Below, piece after piece: positions 9,168-18,588 of a DNA stretch of 64,000 nt. Below the pieces are notes generated by a model. The model searched no databases. It saw only the letters and a program-made list of their open reading frames with translations, and had not been told where the DNA came from. The first letter of the stretch is position 1. Every line of letters starts with the position of its first letter. The DNA lies in the NCBI GenBank assembly GCA_017458335.1, contig JAFTFT010000008.1, forward strand, positions 385 through 64,384, read 5' to 3'. This DNA is from Oscillospiraceae bacterium. Its GTDB lineage: Bacteria; Bacillota; Clostridia; Oscillospirales; Oscillospiraceae. The translations under genes were made by a program, and so were the position numbers.

Positions 9168-10418
9168 ATGAAAAAACTGTTTCGATTTTTCCGCTCCATG
9201 CGATTCGGAATCATCCTGCTGTGCCTGATCGCGGTCTTCTCCATCGTGGGGACGGCGATCCCCCAGGGCAGGGAGATCGCCTGGTACGCGCAGACCTATC
9301 GCGGCGCCCACGGCACGATCCTGAGGCTGGGACTCAACGACGTATTCGGGAGCTGGTACTTTCAGCTGCTGCTGATTCTGCTGTGCCTGAACCTCACGCT
9401 CTGCTCTCTGCTGCGCATTCGCGCGGTATCCGCCGCGAAGGCGGGAGAGCGGGAAGCCCTGCTCCGGATGCCGCAGAGTTTCCGCCTGGACAACGCACAG
9501 CGCACGGCGGTCCGCGACAACCTTCGGGCGATGCACTGCCGGGAAGAGACGGACGGAGAGCATCCCGTCTTCCGAAAAAACGGCTTCGGACGCTACGGCA
9601 GCTTCCTGACCCATCTTTCGATCCTGCTGACGCTCATCTTCGGGGCGATGGCCCTGTATCTGCCGAAAACGGTAGATCGAAGCTGCCTGCCGGGGGAGGC
9701 GGTCCTGATGGAGGACGGCACGGAGATCGCGGTGGAGCGCTTCCGGATCGAGAACGACGAAGGCCGCCTGGATTTCACCAGCGAGCTGACCGTGAGGCTT
9801 CCGGACGGCCGTGAGAGCGGCCTGCGGGAGATCAAGGTCAACCATCCGCTCTCCTTCGGGCCGTGGAAGGTATACCAGCAGACCTACGGTACTGCCGGCA
9901 GCGTCACGGTGCAGAACCTGGAAACGAAGCTGGAGGACACCTTTACCCTGACGGATCTGGTGTTTCTCTCGTCGGACGGCGTGAACGGACTCTGGTACGA
10001 AGCGGTGTATCCGGACCTGATCCGGGACCCGAGCGGGAACGTGACCCTGATCACGAACACCTCGGGGAGCTACCCGAACCCGGTCTATCAGGTGCAGACG
10101 GCCTCCGACGGCGTCTATACCCCGATTCTGGCCTTCCCGGGAGAGGAGCTGCAGGTCGGGAATCTGAAATTCCGTTTTGAGAAGCCGGTGGAGTATCCCG
10201 GACTGCGGATCAAGTATACCCCGGGTTTTGTCAACGCGCTGTTGTGCGCTTCCTTCCTGCTGATGACCGCGGGATTTGCCGTTACGTTCTTCTGCCAGCC
10301 GGTGCTGGTCCGCCTGGATCCGGACGGCTGCGCGGTCGGAGGACCCAAACCGGAGGGGATGCGGATCCGGATACAGGAATGGGCGGAGGAGAACAAAGAA
10401 AAGGAGACCAAAGCATGA
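9168..10418 (+). CDS. ccsB: System II cytochrome c biogenesis protein CcsB/ResB
   Basis: 416 aa. The N-terminus FRSMRFGIILLCLIAVFSIVGTAIPQG is the typical ResB start. It has a large extracytoplasmic loop and C-terminal TM segments. Its stop overlaps the ccsA start (ATGA). Confidence 0.85.
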   Translation: MKKLFRFFRSMRFGIILLCLIAVFSIVGTAIPQGREIAWYAQTYRGAHGTILRLGLNDVFGSWYFQLLLILLCLNLTLCSLLRIRAVSAAKAGEREALLRMPQSFRLDNAQRTAVRDNLRAMHCREETDGEHPVFRKNGFGRYGSFLTHLSILLTLIFGAMALYLPKTVDRSCLPGEAVLMEDGTEIAVERFRIENDEGRLDFTSELTVRLPDGRESGLREIKVNHPLSFGPWKVYQQTYGTAGSVTVQNLETKLEDTFTLTDLVFLSSDGVNGLWYEAVYPDLIRDPSGNVTLITNTSGSYPNPVYQVQTASDGVYTPILAFPGEELQVGNLKFRFEKPVEYPGLRIKYTPGFVNALLCASFLLMTAGFAVTFFCQPVLVRLDPDGCAVGGPKPEGMRIRIQEWAEENKEKETKA

Positions 10419-11206
10419 ACATTCTTTTTTTCGGCAGTCTGCTGCTGTATTTTATCGCGATGGCGCTTCAGTTCGCAACCGTTGCGTTCAAGAAGGAAAA
10501 GCTCGGGAAAGCGGCCTGGTTCGTTTTCCTCACGGCCTTTGCGGCGCATACGGTTTACATCATCGTGCGCGGGATCGTGGCCAGGCGGCTCCCGCTGAGC
10601 AACCAGTTTGAGTTTGCGACGGCCTTTGCCTGGGGCGTGGCGCTGATGCTGCTGATCCTTCGGACGAGGATGAAGGCGGAGTGGCTGAGTGTGATCGCGA
10701 TGCCGATGACCTTTTTCCTGCTGTCCTTTGCCGCACTGCAGCCGAGGGAGATTACCGACCTGATGCCGGCGCTGCGCAGCGGCTGGTTCGGCTTCCATAT
10801 CGGTTCGGCCGTGATCTCGTATTCCGCGTTTGTCGTGGCGGGGTGCATCGGGCTGCGCTATATCCTGCTGGCCCGGAAAGGCCGGGAAGAGGACAGCTTC
10901 AAGCTGAAGCAGATGGACTGGCTGAGCTACCGGCTGGTGGCCCTGGGGGTGCTGATGCTGACGGTCACCATCCTGACCGGGGCAATCTGGGCGGAACAGG
11001 CCTGGTCGGCCTTCTGGACCTGGGACCCGAAGGAAGTCTGGGCCCTGATCACATGGATCATCTATGTGGTCTATCTCCATCTGCGCCTGCGGAGCAAAAA
11101 GCAGGGCCTGAGCATGGCCTGGTATGTGATGATCGCGGTGCCGGTGGTGCTGTTCACCTTCGCCGGTGTCAACACGCTGATGTCCGGCATGCACAGCTAC
11201 GCCTGA
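10415..11206 (+). CDS. ccsA: System II cytochrome c biogenesis protein CcsA/ResC (haem exporter/lyase)
   Basis: The start was set at MNILFFGSLLLYF, translationally coupled to ccsB. It is polytopic and carries the Trp-rich WWD-type motif AWSAFWTWDPKEVWALITW. Confidence 0.85.
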   Translation: MNILFFGSLLLYFIAMALQFATVAFKKEKLGKAAWFVFLTAFAAHTVYIIVRGIVARRLPLSNQFEFATAFAWGVALMLLILRTRMKAEWLSVIAMPMTFFLLSFAALQPREITDLMPALRSGWFGFHIGSAVISYSAFVVAGCIGLRYILLARKGREEDSFKLKQMDWLSYRLVALGVLMLTVTILTGAIWAEQAWSAFWTWDPKEVWALITWIIYVVYLHLRLRSKKQGLSMAWYVMIAVPVVLFTFAGVNTLMSGMHSYA

Positions 11207-11265
11207 GCGGCAGGGAGACTCATCCGCCGGGGAGAGACATCATACGCTGCCCCAAAAAACAATGT

Positions 11266-11306
11266 CGAGGAAAACTCCTGTCCGGAGAGGACGGGAGTTT
11301 TCCTCG
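11266..11306 (+). terminator. Rho-independent terminator after ccsA
   Basis: CGAGGAAAACTCCTGTCC-GGAGA-GGACGGGAGTTTTCCTCG: a long, near-perfect stem. Confidence 0.6.
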
Positions 11307-11347
11307 TCCGGGCGGTAAGACATTGTCCGGGAAAAGAGAAAAAGCTC

Positions 11348-11401
11348 TTGACAAAGCGACCAAGATGTATTATTGTATTAAGCGCTTAAGACAATAATAC
11401 A
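11348..11401 (+). promoter_or_regulatory. Promoter overlapped by a 36-bp near-perfect palindromic operator (putative YtrA/GntR site)
   Basis: TTGACA (11348-11353), a 17-nt spacer, then TATTGT (11371-11376). The palindrome is TGTATTATTGT-ATTAAGCGCTTAAG-ACAATAATACA (11366-11401), with 17 of 18 symmetric pairs. Confidence 0.6.
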
Positions 11402-11415
11402 AAGGGAGGAACGCG

Positions 11416-11793
11416 ATGGAATGGAAATTTCGAAGTGACCTGCCGATCTATTCCCAGCTGGTGGATCAGATCAAGCTGGGGATCGTTTCGGGAAGCCTGC
11501 TTCCCGGAGAACGGCTGATGTCGGTGCGGGACATGGCCACGGAGGCCGGCGTGAATCCGAACACCATGCAGCGGGCGCTGCAGGAACTGGAGCGGGACGG
11601 CATGGTCTATTCTCAGCGCACGGCAGGGCGCTTTGTGACGGAGAACATGCAGGTGATTGAGCGGGAAAAGAAGAAGCTTGCGGAAGAACAGATCCGCAGC
11701 TTCCTTGAAGCCATGAAGAAATTGGGATACCGGCAGGAGGAGATCCCGGCGCTGCTGAAGGAGAAGGAGGAAAAAGAGAATGGCGATTCTTGA
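11416..11793 (+). CDS. GntR-family transcriptional regulator, YtrA subfamily
   Basis: 125 aa with a GGGAGGAA RBS. The wHTH region is PIYSQLVDQIKLGIVSGSLLPGERLMSVRDMATEAGVNPNTMQRALQELERDGMV, followed by the short C-terminal helical tail typical of YtrA. Confidence 0.9.
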   Translation: MEWKFRSDLPIYSQLVDQIKLGIVSGSLLPGERLMSVRDMATEAGVNPNTMQRALQELERDGMVYSQRTAGRFVTENMQVIEREKKKLAEEQIRSFLEAMKKLGYRQEEIPALLKEKEEKENGDS

Positions 11794-12475
11794 ATGCAGA
11801 GATCTGTCCAAGCGCTTCGGAAGCGTGCAGGCGCTGGACACGGTCAGCCTGAAAATTGAGCCGGGCCGGGTGGTCGGGCTGCTGGGCCCGAACGGCAGTG
11901 GGAAAACAACCCTGCTGAAGCTGGCAAACGGCCTGCTGACCCCGACGGGAGGAGAGATCCTGATCGGAGGCGAAGCCCCGGGGAGCGCGACACACGCCGC
12001 GGTCAGCTACCTTCCCGATAAGCCGTATCTGGCGGAGTGGATGAAGGTGCGGCAGCTGCTCGACTTCTTTTCGGACTTCTATGCGGATTTCGACCGTGAC
12101 AAGGCGACGGAGATGCTGCTGCGGCTGAACATCGACGAGAACATGCGGATCAAGGAGATGTCCAAAGGAACGAGAGAGAAGGCCCAGCTGATTCTGGTCA
12201 TGAGCCGCAGGGCGATGCTCTATCTGCTGGATGAGCCGATCGGAGGAGTGGATCCGGCAACCAGAGACTATATCCTCGACACAATTATCCGCAACTACAA
12301 CCCAGAGGCGGCGGTGGTGATTTCCACGCACCTGATCGCCGACGTGGAGCAGGTGCTGGACGATGTGATCTTTATCAATCAGGGAAAAATCGTGCTGCAG
12401 TCCTCGGTGGATGCAATCCGCGAGGAGCACGGCATGAGTGTGGATCAGTACTTCAGGGAGGTGTTTCGATGCTAG
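11780..12475 (+). CDS. ABC transporter ATP-binding protein
   Basis: 231 aa. It has Walker A GPNGSGKTT, an ABC signature-like MSKGTREK and Walker B LYLLDEP. It overlaps the upstream regulator gene. Confidence 0.9.
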   Translation: MAILECRDLSKRFGSVQALDTVSLKIEPGRVVGLLGPNGSGKTTLLKLANGLLTPTGGEILIGGEAPGSATHAAVSYLPDKPYLAEWMKVRQLLDFFSDFYADFDRDKATEMLLRLNIDENMRIKEMSKGTREKAQLILVMSRRAMLYLLDEPIGGVDPATRDYILDTIIRNYNPEAAVVISTHLIADVEQVLDDVIFINQGKIVLQSSVDAIREEHGMSVDQYFREVFRC

Positions 12476-13302
12476 GAAAACTGATGAAGCATGAATTCCG
12501 CGCAACGGCCCGGATCATGCTGCCCGTGATGGGGGCGATGGCGGCGCTGGCCCTGCTGGCAAATCTCTCGATCCGGGGGCTTGCGGGAAATCTGTCGGAT
12601 GTTCCGATGCTGAAAATTCTCTTTACCCTGATCATCATCTTCTTCGGCGCCGCCGTGGTCGCCACGGTGGTGATGTCCCTGGTGATCATGGTGAGCCGCT
12701 TCTACCGGAATCTGCTGAAGGATGAGGGCTATCTGATGTTTACGCTGCCGGTGAGCGTGCATGAGCTGATCTGGTCCAAGTTGATCGTGTCGCTGGTCTG
12801 GTTCCTCGCGACCGGCCTGCTCATTTTCCTGGTTATGGCGTTGATGGCCCTGAACCTCTCCCATACCAATCTTGAGATGATTCTCAAGCAGCTCCCCAGC
12901 TGGTCGGAAATCATCGGGTGGCTGGATCAGGCGGGGGTCCGGGGACAGGTGATTACATTCCTGGTACAGATCGTACTTGGGACACTGACCGGAATCATCG
13001 CAGCGTGCCTGCACTTCTATGCCGCGATGGCGCTGGGGCATATGTTCAGTAAAGACAAGGTCCTCCTGAGCATCGTCTTCTTTGTGGGAATCAGCTTTGC
13101 CTTCAACCTGATGGAAATGGGCTACGGCGTGGTCGGCTTCGGACTTTCGGATCTTGAGAACCTGGATATGTCGAGCGGCAGAGAAGGACTTGCCTTTGTC
13201 TCCAATGTGATCTGGCACGGAATCGGTCTGAGCGCCGTTCAGGCGGCGGTGCTGTATCTCGCGGCCTTCCTCGGCTTGAAGAAGGGACTGAATCTGGAAT
13301 AA
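12469..13302 (+). CDS. ABC-2-type membrane permease partner (uncharacterised)
   Basis: 277 aa with at least 6 hydrophobic segments. It overlaps the ATPase stop, completing the usual YtrA regulator/ATPase/permease operon layout. Confidence 0.7.
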   Translation: MLGKLMKHEFRATARIMLPVMGAMAALALLANLSIRGLAGNLSDVPMLKILFTLIIIFFGAAVVATVVMSLVIMVSRFYRNLLKDEGYLMFTLPVSVHELIWSKLIVSLVWFLATGLLIFLVMALMALNLSHTNLEMILKQLPSWSEIIGWLDQAGVRGQVITFLVQIVLGTLTGIIAACLHFYAAMALGHMFSKDKVLLSIVFFVGISFAFNLMEMGYGVVGFGLSDLENLDMSSGREGLAFVSNVIWHGIGLSAVQAAVLYLAAFLGLKKGLNLE

Positions 13303-13394
13303 AACGGCGGGCACAGCCAAAGGTCCATCCAATGCTGCCGGGTACAGGACAGGCCCGCCGATATGAGAACGAACAGAGTCATATGAGAATGAGA

Positions 13395-13432
13395 AAACAC
13401 ATCCGCTTCCGGACGGGAGGCGGATGTGTTTT
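13395..13432 (+). terminator. Rho-independent terminator after the ABC operon
   Basis: AAAACACATCCGC-TTCCGGACGGGAG-GCGGATGTGTTTT. Confidence 0.7.
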
Positions 13433-13491
13433 GAGTCTTGGGGTAAAATCAGAAGATTAAACCGGACAATCAGAAAAATCAGTAGTATGGA

Positions 13492-14310
13492 TCAGAAGTC
13501 CTCAGCACTGATGGGGTAGGTGCTGAGATTCCCATCCACAACACTGTAAAGGGTCAGTTCCCAAGTGGAGTAATATGGTAGCTTGGAGAATTCCAGAGTG
13601 GTGTCGCATTGATATCGCTCCATCTCACTGCCGAACCACTCGCCGGGACCGTACCAAGTCTCCCCAACGCAATACTTCACCAGGTACGTGCCAGGCTGAA
13701 TATGCACCGATGCGGTGGACTTGGCGCGGACAAAGAGATTGATGTATTCCCCTTTGTGAGCGCCGGAAGCCACTTCGACCTTCACCAGAACAGGGTAGGA
13801 GCCGCTTTTAACCTTCAGAGTACCATAACCGCCACGGACCACAGAGGTATTGTGGAACACATGACCGTTAGCGGGAGTCTCATCCTTAATGAGTTTATTG
13901 AGAGCGGCCTTGGCATCAATGGCGTACTGAATATCCACGGAATCTTCATAGCGCTCGATACAGGTATCCAAAAGTTCAAGAGCAGCTTCCCGCTGATGAG
14001 AGTCCCGGAGCAGCTTCGCCTTGCCGACATAGGAGTAGATACAGGTTTTGACAAACTTCTCAGCGACAGGAGAATCCGGATTGTCCGCCAGAAAAGCTTC
14101 TGCCTGGTCAATGGCCTCGTCATATTCCTTGTTCTTATAGAGCTGTACAATCTCGTTGCGATATGCAGTGTCCTGTTCGATCCGTGCGTCCAACTCAGAC
14201 TGGACGACATCTTCTGACTCAGCGGGTATTGCTTCCGCCATCGCTGGTATACTGAATGCACTGAGACAGAAAACAAAAATGCAGAGTAGAGATATAATTC
14301 TGTTTTTCAT
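13492..14310 (-). CDS. Secreted protein of unknown function (helical/TPR-like N-terminal half, beta-rich C-terminal half)
   Basis: 272 aa with signal peptide MKNRIISLLCIFVFCLSAFSIPAMAEA and a GAAAAGGAGG RBS. The region is visibly lower in GC than its neighbours. Confidence 0.7.
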   Translation of the reverse strand: MKNRIISLLCIFVFCLSAFSIPAMAEAIPAESEDVVQSELDARIEQDTAYRNEIVQLYKNKEYDEAIDQAEAFLADNPDSPVAEKFVKTCIYSYVGKAKLLRDSHQREAALELLDTCIERYEDSVDIQYAIDAKAALNKLIKDETPANGHVFHNTSVVRGGYGTLKVKSGSYPVLVKVEVASGAHKGEYINLFVRAKSTASVHIQPGTYLVKYCVGETWYGPGEWFGSEMERYQCDTTLEFSKLPYYSTWELTLYSVVDGNLSTYPISAEDF

Positions 14311-14475
14311 TTTATCAGCCTCCTTTTCTGCAGTATATCGTATTGAAAAGTGAATTGCAACATATTCTTGTACGAAAACAGGAGCACATCGTTTCCGACG
14401 TGCTCCTTCTTGTGGCCATTATTCCAACCAATTGCCCTGGCTTGATGACATTGACTTCCGAAGACCGAGGCGTTG

Positions 14476-15126
14476 TTAACGCAGCAGCAGATCCCGGAGC
14501 TCTTTCGGGGTGTGGACCAGTGTGACCGCACCGGCGTCAAGGAGCTGCGGCTCATCCCGAAAGCCCCAGGTGACCGAGATACAATCCATCCCGGCGTTCC
14601 GTGCGGTCAGGAGGTCGACCTCTGAATCACCCACGTAGACACATTGCTCCACGGAGAGGCCGATCTGAGCCGCTGCCGTCAGAACCGTATCCGGTGCGGG
14701 CTTGCGCCGGACCGAGGGGCTCTCCCCGACGGAGAGTTCCAGAAGGCCGGGAAAGAAGGCCGCAGAGAGCTCCTGGACGGCGCAGTCGGGTTTGTTCGAA
14801 ATGATGGCAAGGCGGAGCCCATGTGCTTTCAGCGCCTGCATCATCGGAAGGATGCCGTCATAGGGGGCGGTCTTGATGAGGCAGTGGGCGTCATACCAGG
14901 GCTTGTAGAACGCGAGCACCTCCGCCTCCAGCGCTGCGCCGCAATCCGCGGGGACGCTGTGCTTTACCAGATAAGCGGCTCCGTTGCCGAGGCACAGCCG
15001 CACATGCTCACGGGATACCGCAGGAAGAGAGAATTCCGCAAGAGAATGATTGATGGAATCGTAAAGATCATCCAAAGTGTCCAGAACGGTTCCATCCATA
15101 TCGAAGAGAACGGCCTGATATCTCAT
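14476..15126 (-). CDS. HAD-superfamily phosphatase (phosphoglycolate phosphatase/PpaX-like)
   Basis: 216 aa. It has HAD motif I, FDMDGTVLDT; motif II, ISNK; and motif IV, VGDSEVD. Its start overlaps the stop of the upstream CoA-transferase gene. Confidence 0.85.
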   Translation of the reverse strand: MRYQAVLFDMDGTVLDTLDDLYDSINHSLAEFSLPAVSREHVRLCLGNGAAYLVKHSVPADCGAALEAEVLAFYKPWYDAHCLIKTAPYDGILPMMQALKAHGLRLAIISNKPDCAVQELSAAFFPGLLELSVGESPSVRRKPAPDTVLTAAAQIGLSVEQCVYVGDSEVDLLTARNAGMDCISVTWGFRDEPQLLDAGAVTLVHTPKELRDLLLR

Positions 15127-16433
15127 CAGATCAGAATGCCCCGTTTCTTCGCTTCGAAGCGCAGTTCATCGCGGAAGTCCGGGTGTGCGATGGAGATCAG
15201 CTGCTTCACACGGGAGGAGAGCGTCTGGCCGCGCAGGTGGGCAATGCCGTATTCGGTGACGATGTAGTCAACGTCGTTCTTGCTGGTGGTGACGACAGCG
15301 CCGGGGGTGAGAATGGGTTTGATCTTGCTGATGGTGCCGCCCTTCGCGGTGGAGGAGAAGGCGATGAAGCTCTTGCCGCCCTTTGACTGGCAGGCGCCGC
15401 GGACATAGTCCACCTGGCCGCCGGAGCCGGACATGATCTTTGTGCCGATGCTCTCGGCGCAGACCTGACCGAAGAGGTCAACCTCCAGCGCTGCGTTGAT
15501 GGAGATCATGTTGTCGTTCTGACAGATGACTTCGGGGTTGTTCACATAGTCGACGGGCAGAATCTCAATGGCCGGGTTGTCGTCGATATAGTCGTTGATG
15601 GCTTTGGAGCCGAAGGCAAAGGTTGTGACGGATTTGCCGCGGTGAATCTGCTTCCTGCTGTTGTTCACCGCGCCGCATTCGATCAGATCGACCATGGAGC
15701 TGGTAAACATCTCGGTATGGATGCCGAGGTCATGTTTGGCCTTCAGGGCCATGCCGACCGCATCGGGGATCGCGCCGATTCCCAGCTGGATACAGGCTCC
15801 GTCGGGAATCTGCTCGGCGATCAGGTTGCCGATGGTGATGCTGACATCATCGAGCTTCGGAGCGGGGAGCGTCGGAAGCTCAAAGGTGTTCTCGACCAGA
15901 CCGTCGATCCGGCTGATGTGAAGCTGCGTGCCGCAGACCGCACGGGGCGTGTTCTCGTTGACTTCCACAAAGATATGCTTTGCCTTATCGATCATGGCCG
16001 GAGAGTAGGAGCTCACGGTTCCGAGGCTGAAGTAACCGTGCTTGTCCATCGGGGAGACGGAGACACAGAAAGCGTCATACTCATAATTGGCGCGGATGTG
16101 CCGTGGGCAGTCACGGTAGTAGTTCGGCACATAGTCCGCAAGTCCGGCCGCGAGGGCTTTCCGGGCACCGCCGCTGGCAAACCAGGATTCCCCCATAACC
16201 TTTCCGGTCAGATGGTCGTCGGCATAGAACGCGTAGGGATACACATCAAGGAGCATCTGGACGCGAACGCCGGAGAGCGGGCTGTTCTCCGCGCGGCGGC
16301 AGATGGCGTCGATGATGGCGGGAGTCTGACCGATGGCGGCGTCCATTCCGATCAGCCAGCCGTTTTCCACCCGGGCGGCAACTTCATCGGCAGTGAGTTT
16401 CTTCTGCTGATACAGGGCGATATAATCTGTCAT
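15126..16433 (-). CDS. Acetyl-CoA hydrolase/transferase-family CoA-transferase (4-hydroxybutyrate CoA-transferase-like)
   Basis: 435 aa with a GGAGGAAAG RBS. The N-terminus ...KKLTADEVAARVENG... and the conserved GSGGQVDYVRGA glycine-rich loop are characteristic of this family. Confidence 0.85.
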   Translation of the reverse strand: MTDYIALYQQKKLTADEVAARVENGWLIGMDAAIGQTPAIIDAICRRAENSPLSGVRVQMLLDVYPYAFYADDHLTGKVMGESWFASGGARKALAAGLADYVPNYYRDCPRHIRANYEYDAFCVSVSPMDKHGYFSLGTVSSYSPAMIDKAKHIFVEVNENTPRAVCGTQLHISRIDGLVENTFELPTLPAPKLDDVSITIGNLIAEQIPDGACIQLGIGAIPDAVGMALKAKHDLGIHTEMFTSSMVDLIECGAVNNSRKQIHRGKSVTTFAFGSKAINDYIDDNPAIEILPVDYVNNPEVICQNDNMISINAALEVDLFGQVCAESIGTKIMSGSGGQVDYVRGACQSKGGKSFIAFSSTAKGGTISKIKPILTPGAVVTTSKNDVDYIVTEYGIAHLRGQTLSSRVKQLISIAHPDFRDELRFEAKKRGILI

Positions 16434-16523
16434 GTTCTTTCCTCCAAACAGAATCAGCCAAAGCGGCGATAAGTTACAGCATCTATTCTACACCAAACTC
16501 AGCGTGAATGCCAGTGCCAAAGG

Positions 16524-16561
16524 AAAAAATCCTCCACCCGTCAGAAGGCGGGTGGAGGATT
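16524..16561 (-). terminator. Rho-independent terminator after oadB
   Basis: On the minus strand: AATCCTCCACCCGCC-TTCTGA-CGGGTGGAGGATTTTTT. Confidence 0.7.
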
Positions 16562-16597
16562 GCGCGATGCGGGATTTCGCGGATGCTGATTCCCAAA

Positions 16598-17818
16598 TCA
16601 GCCGAAGACGCTGAGCAGGAAGCCTGCCGCGATGGCGGAGCCAATGACGCCGGCCACATTCGGGCCCATGGCGTGCATGAGAAGGTAGTTGCTCTTGTTG
16701 TAGCGTCTGCCGACATCCTGAGAGACACGTGCGGCCATCGGGACAGCAGAAACACCGGCAGAACCGATCAGAGGATTGATCTTGCCGCCAGAGGTGTTGT
16801 ACATGACGATACCGCCGGCAAGCCCGCCGACCGTGGAGATGGAGAAGGCGATCAGGCCGAGGATGATGATCTTGATGGTGTTGAGGTTCAGAAAGTTCTG
16901 CGCGACCATGGTGGCGCCGACACTGGTGGCCAGGAAGATGGTGACGATGTTCATCAGCGCGTTCTGTGCCGTATCGGAAAGCCGGTCCGTCACGCCGCAT
17001 TCACGGAAGAGGTTGCCGAGCATAAGGCAGCCGATCAGCGGAGCGGTGGAGGGCAGAAGCAGGATGACAAAGGTGGCGACCACAATGGGGAAGACGATCT
17101 TCTCGGTCTTGGAGACTTCACGGCTCTGAACCATTTTCACCTTGCGCATCTTGTCCGTTGTCATAAGCTTCATGATGGGAGGCTGAATCAGCGGGATCAG
17201 AGCCATATAGGAATAAGCCGCAATGGCAATCGGTCCGAGCAGTTCAGGCGCAAGCTTGGTGGTCAGGTAGATGGCCGTGGGGCCGTCGGCACCGCCGATG
17301 ATGCCGATGGAAGCGGCCTGGGGACCTGTGAAGCCCAGAAGCACCGCACCGAAGAAGGCGATAAACACGCCCAGCTGCGCGGCGGCACCGAGAAGCAGAC
17401 TCTTGGGGTTGGAGAGCAGCGGACCGAAGTCCGTCATGGCACCGACGCCCATGAAGATCAGCGAGGGATAAATACCGGCCTTCACACCGATGTAGAAGAA
17501 ATCAAGAAGGCCGCAGTTGGACATGATATGCCCATAGCTGTGATAGTAGGGACTGGAAGCGTCCAGAAAGGCTTCCCACAGCTCCGGATGGTACAGGGCG
17601 TTGTTGCCCATGCCGATAAAGTAGCTGAGGTTGGAGAGCAGACAGCCGAAGGCAATGCCGCAAAGCAGCAGAGGCTCGAACTTCTTCACGATCCCGAGGT
17701 AGAGCAGAACAAAGGCAATCACGATCATGACGATGTTCTTCCAACCGCCGTCTGTCGTAAAGAATGCGGCAAAACCGGACTCCAGCGCGAGTTTTTGCAG
17801 GACACCCAAAATATCCAT
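16598..17818 (-). CDS. oadB: Na+-translocating decarboxylase beta subunit (OadB/GcdB/MmdB family)
   Basis: The start was set at [16 protein letters not shown], with an AAGGAGG RBS. It is a polytopic protein of about 406 aa with family-typical segments such as GADGPTAIY and [13 protein letters not shown]. Confidence 0.9.
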   Translation of the reverse strand: MDILGVLQKLALESGFAAFFTTDGGWKNIVMIVIAFVLLYLGIVKKFEPLLLCGIAFGCLLSNLSYFIGMGNNALYHPELWEAFLDASSPYYHSYGHIMSNCGLLDFFYIGVKAGIYPSLIFMGVGAMTDFGPLLSNPKSLLLGAAAQLGVFIAFFGAVLLGFTGPQAASIGIIGGADGPTAIYLTTKLAPELLGPIAIAAYSYMALIPLIQPPIMKLMTTDKMRKVKMVQSREVSKTEKIVFPIVVATFVILLLPSTAPLIGCLMLGNLFRECGVTDRLSDTAQNALMNIVTIFLATSVGATMVAQNFLNLNTIKIIILGLIAFSISTVGGLAGGIVMYNTSGGKINPLIGSAGVSAVPMAARVSQDVGRRYNKSNYLLMHAMGPNVAGVIGSAIAAGFLLSVFG

Positions 17819-17828
17819 ATGGGCCTCC

Positions 17829-18233
17829 TTATGCGATGACGACCAGCGGGGCACCCGTTTCCACGACAGCACCCGTGGAGACAACGATCTGAGCAACCGT
17901 ACCGGCTTTGGTCGAGATGACCTCGTTCTCCATCTTCATGGCTTCCAGGATCAGAACAACATCGCCTTCCTTCACCTGCTGGCCCTGCGTGACGTTGATC
18001 TTCAGTACGTTGCCGGGCATCGGACTCTTGACGACATAGCCGGCAGCCAGGGCACCGCCGGCAGGAGCGGCGGGAGCAGCAGGTGCGGCAGGCGCGGCAG
18101 CCACCGGTGCGGCGGCGACCGGCGCAGCGGGTGCGGCGGGGGCGGCCAGCTCGTACTCATCGACGAGCATGGCGGTGCCTTCTTCCACCTCAACCTCATA
18201 AACACGCTTGTTCAGTGTGACTTTATACTTCAT
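17829..18233 (-). CDS. Biotin carboxyl carrier protein of the decarboxylase
   Basis: The start was set at [18 protein letters not shown]. It has an Ala/Pro linker ([19 protein letters not shown]) and the biotinyl-lysine motif EAMKMENEV. Confidence 0.85.
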   Translation of the reverse strand: MKYKVTLNKRVYEVEVEEGTAMLVDEYELAAPAAPAAPVAAAPVAAAPAAPAAPAAPAGGALAAGYVVKSPMPGNVLKINVTQGQQVKEGDVVLILEAMKMENEVISTKAGTVAQIVVSTGAVVETGAPLVVIA

Positions 18234-18573
18234 CTTCTTTGACCTCCCTGATGGAAATAAAGCGCAGTTCATTGATGGGCTTGCCAAGAGAGTCGGCAAC
18301 GATGGCCATCACCATGGCGGCATCCCGGGGATCGGTGTTGTAAAGCTTGAATTCGCCGGCGGTGCCGGGGGCCTTCTTTACCTCAGCCGGTGCGGCAGGC
18401 GCAGCAGCGACAGGAGCGGACTGGGCGGCAGGCGCAGCGGTCTTACGGGCCATGATTTTGCTCATGATCATGATGACGACCATCAGCAGAATCAGACCGA
18501 AGAACACCACGCAGTATCCCAGAAGCGCATAGCCACCTGCGGTCGGCAGGGAGATGTTTACCAGATCATTCAT
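18223..18573 (-). CDS. oadG: OadG-family small membrane subunit of the Na+-pumping decarboxylase
   Basis: 116 aa with a single N-terminal TM segment, GYALLGYCVVFFGLILLMVVIMIM, followed by an Ala/Pro linker. It sits between the carboxyltransferase and BCCP genes. Confidence 0.75.
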   Translation of the reverse strand: MNDLVNISLPTAGGYALLGYCVVFFGLILLMVVIMIMSKIMARKTAAPAAQSAPVAAAPAAPAEVKKAPGTAGEFKLYNTDPRDAAMVMAIVADSLGKPINELRFISIREVKEDEV

Positions 18574-18588
18574 GGTTTTTCCTCCCGA

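Noticed and set aside
7563-11310. Search for an nrfH/nrfB-type small multihaem cytochrome next to nrfA
   Set aside because: No ORF on either strand in this interval, other than nrfA itself, contains CXXCH motifs. The alternative-frame ORFs (for example 9107-9814, 9863-10180 and 10276-10611) are Arg/Gly/Pro-rich shadows of ccsB/ccsA.
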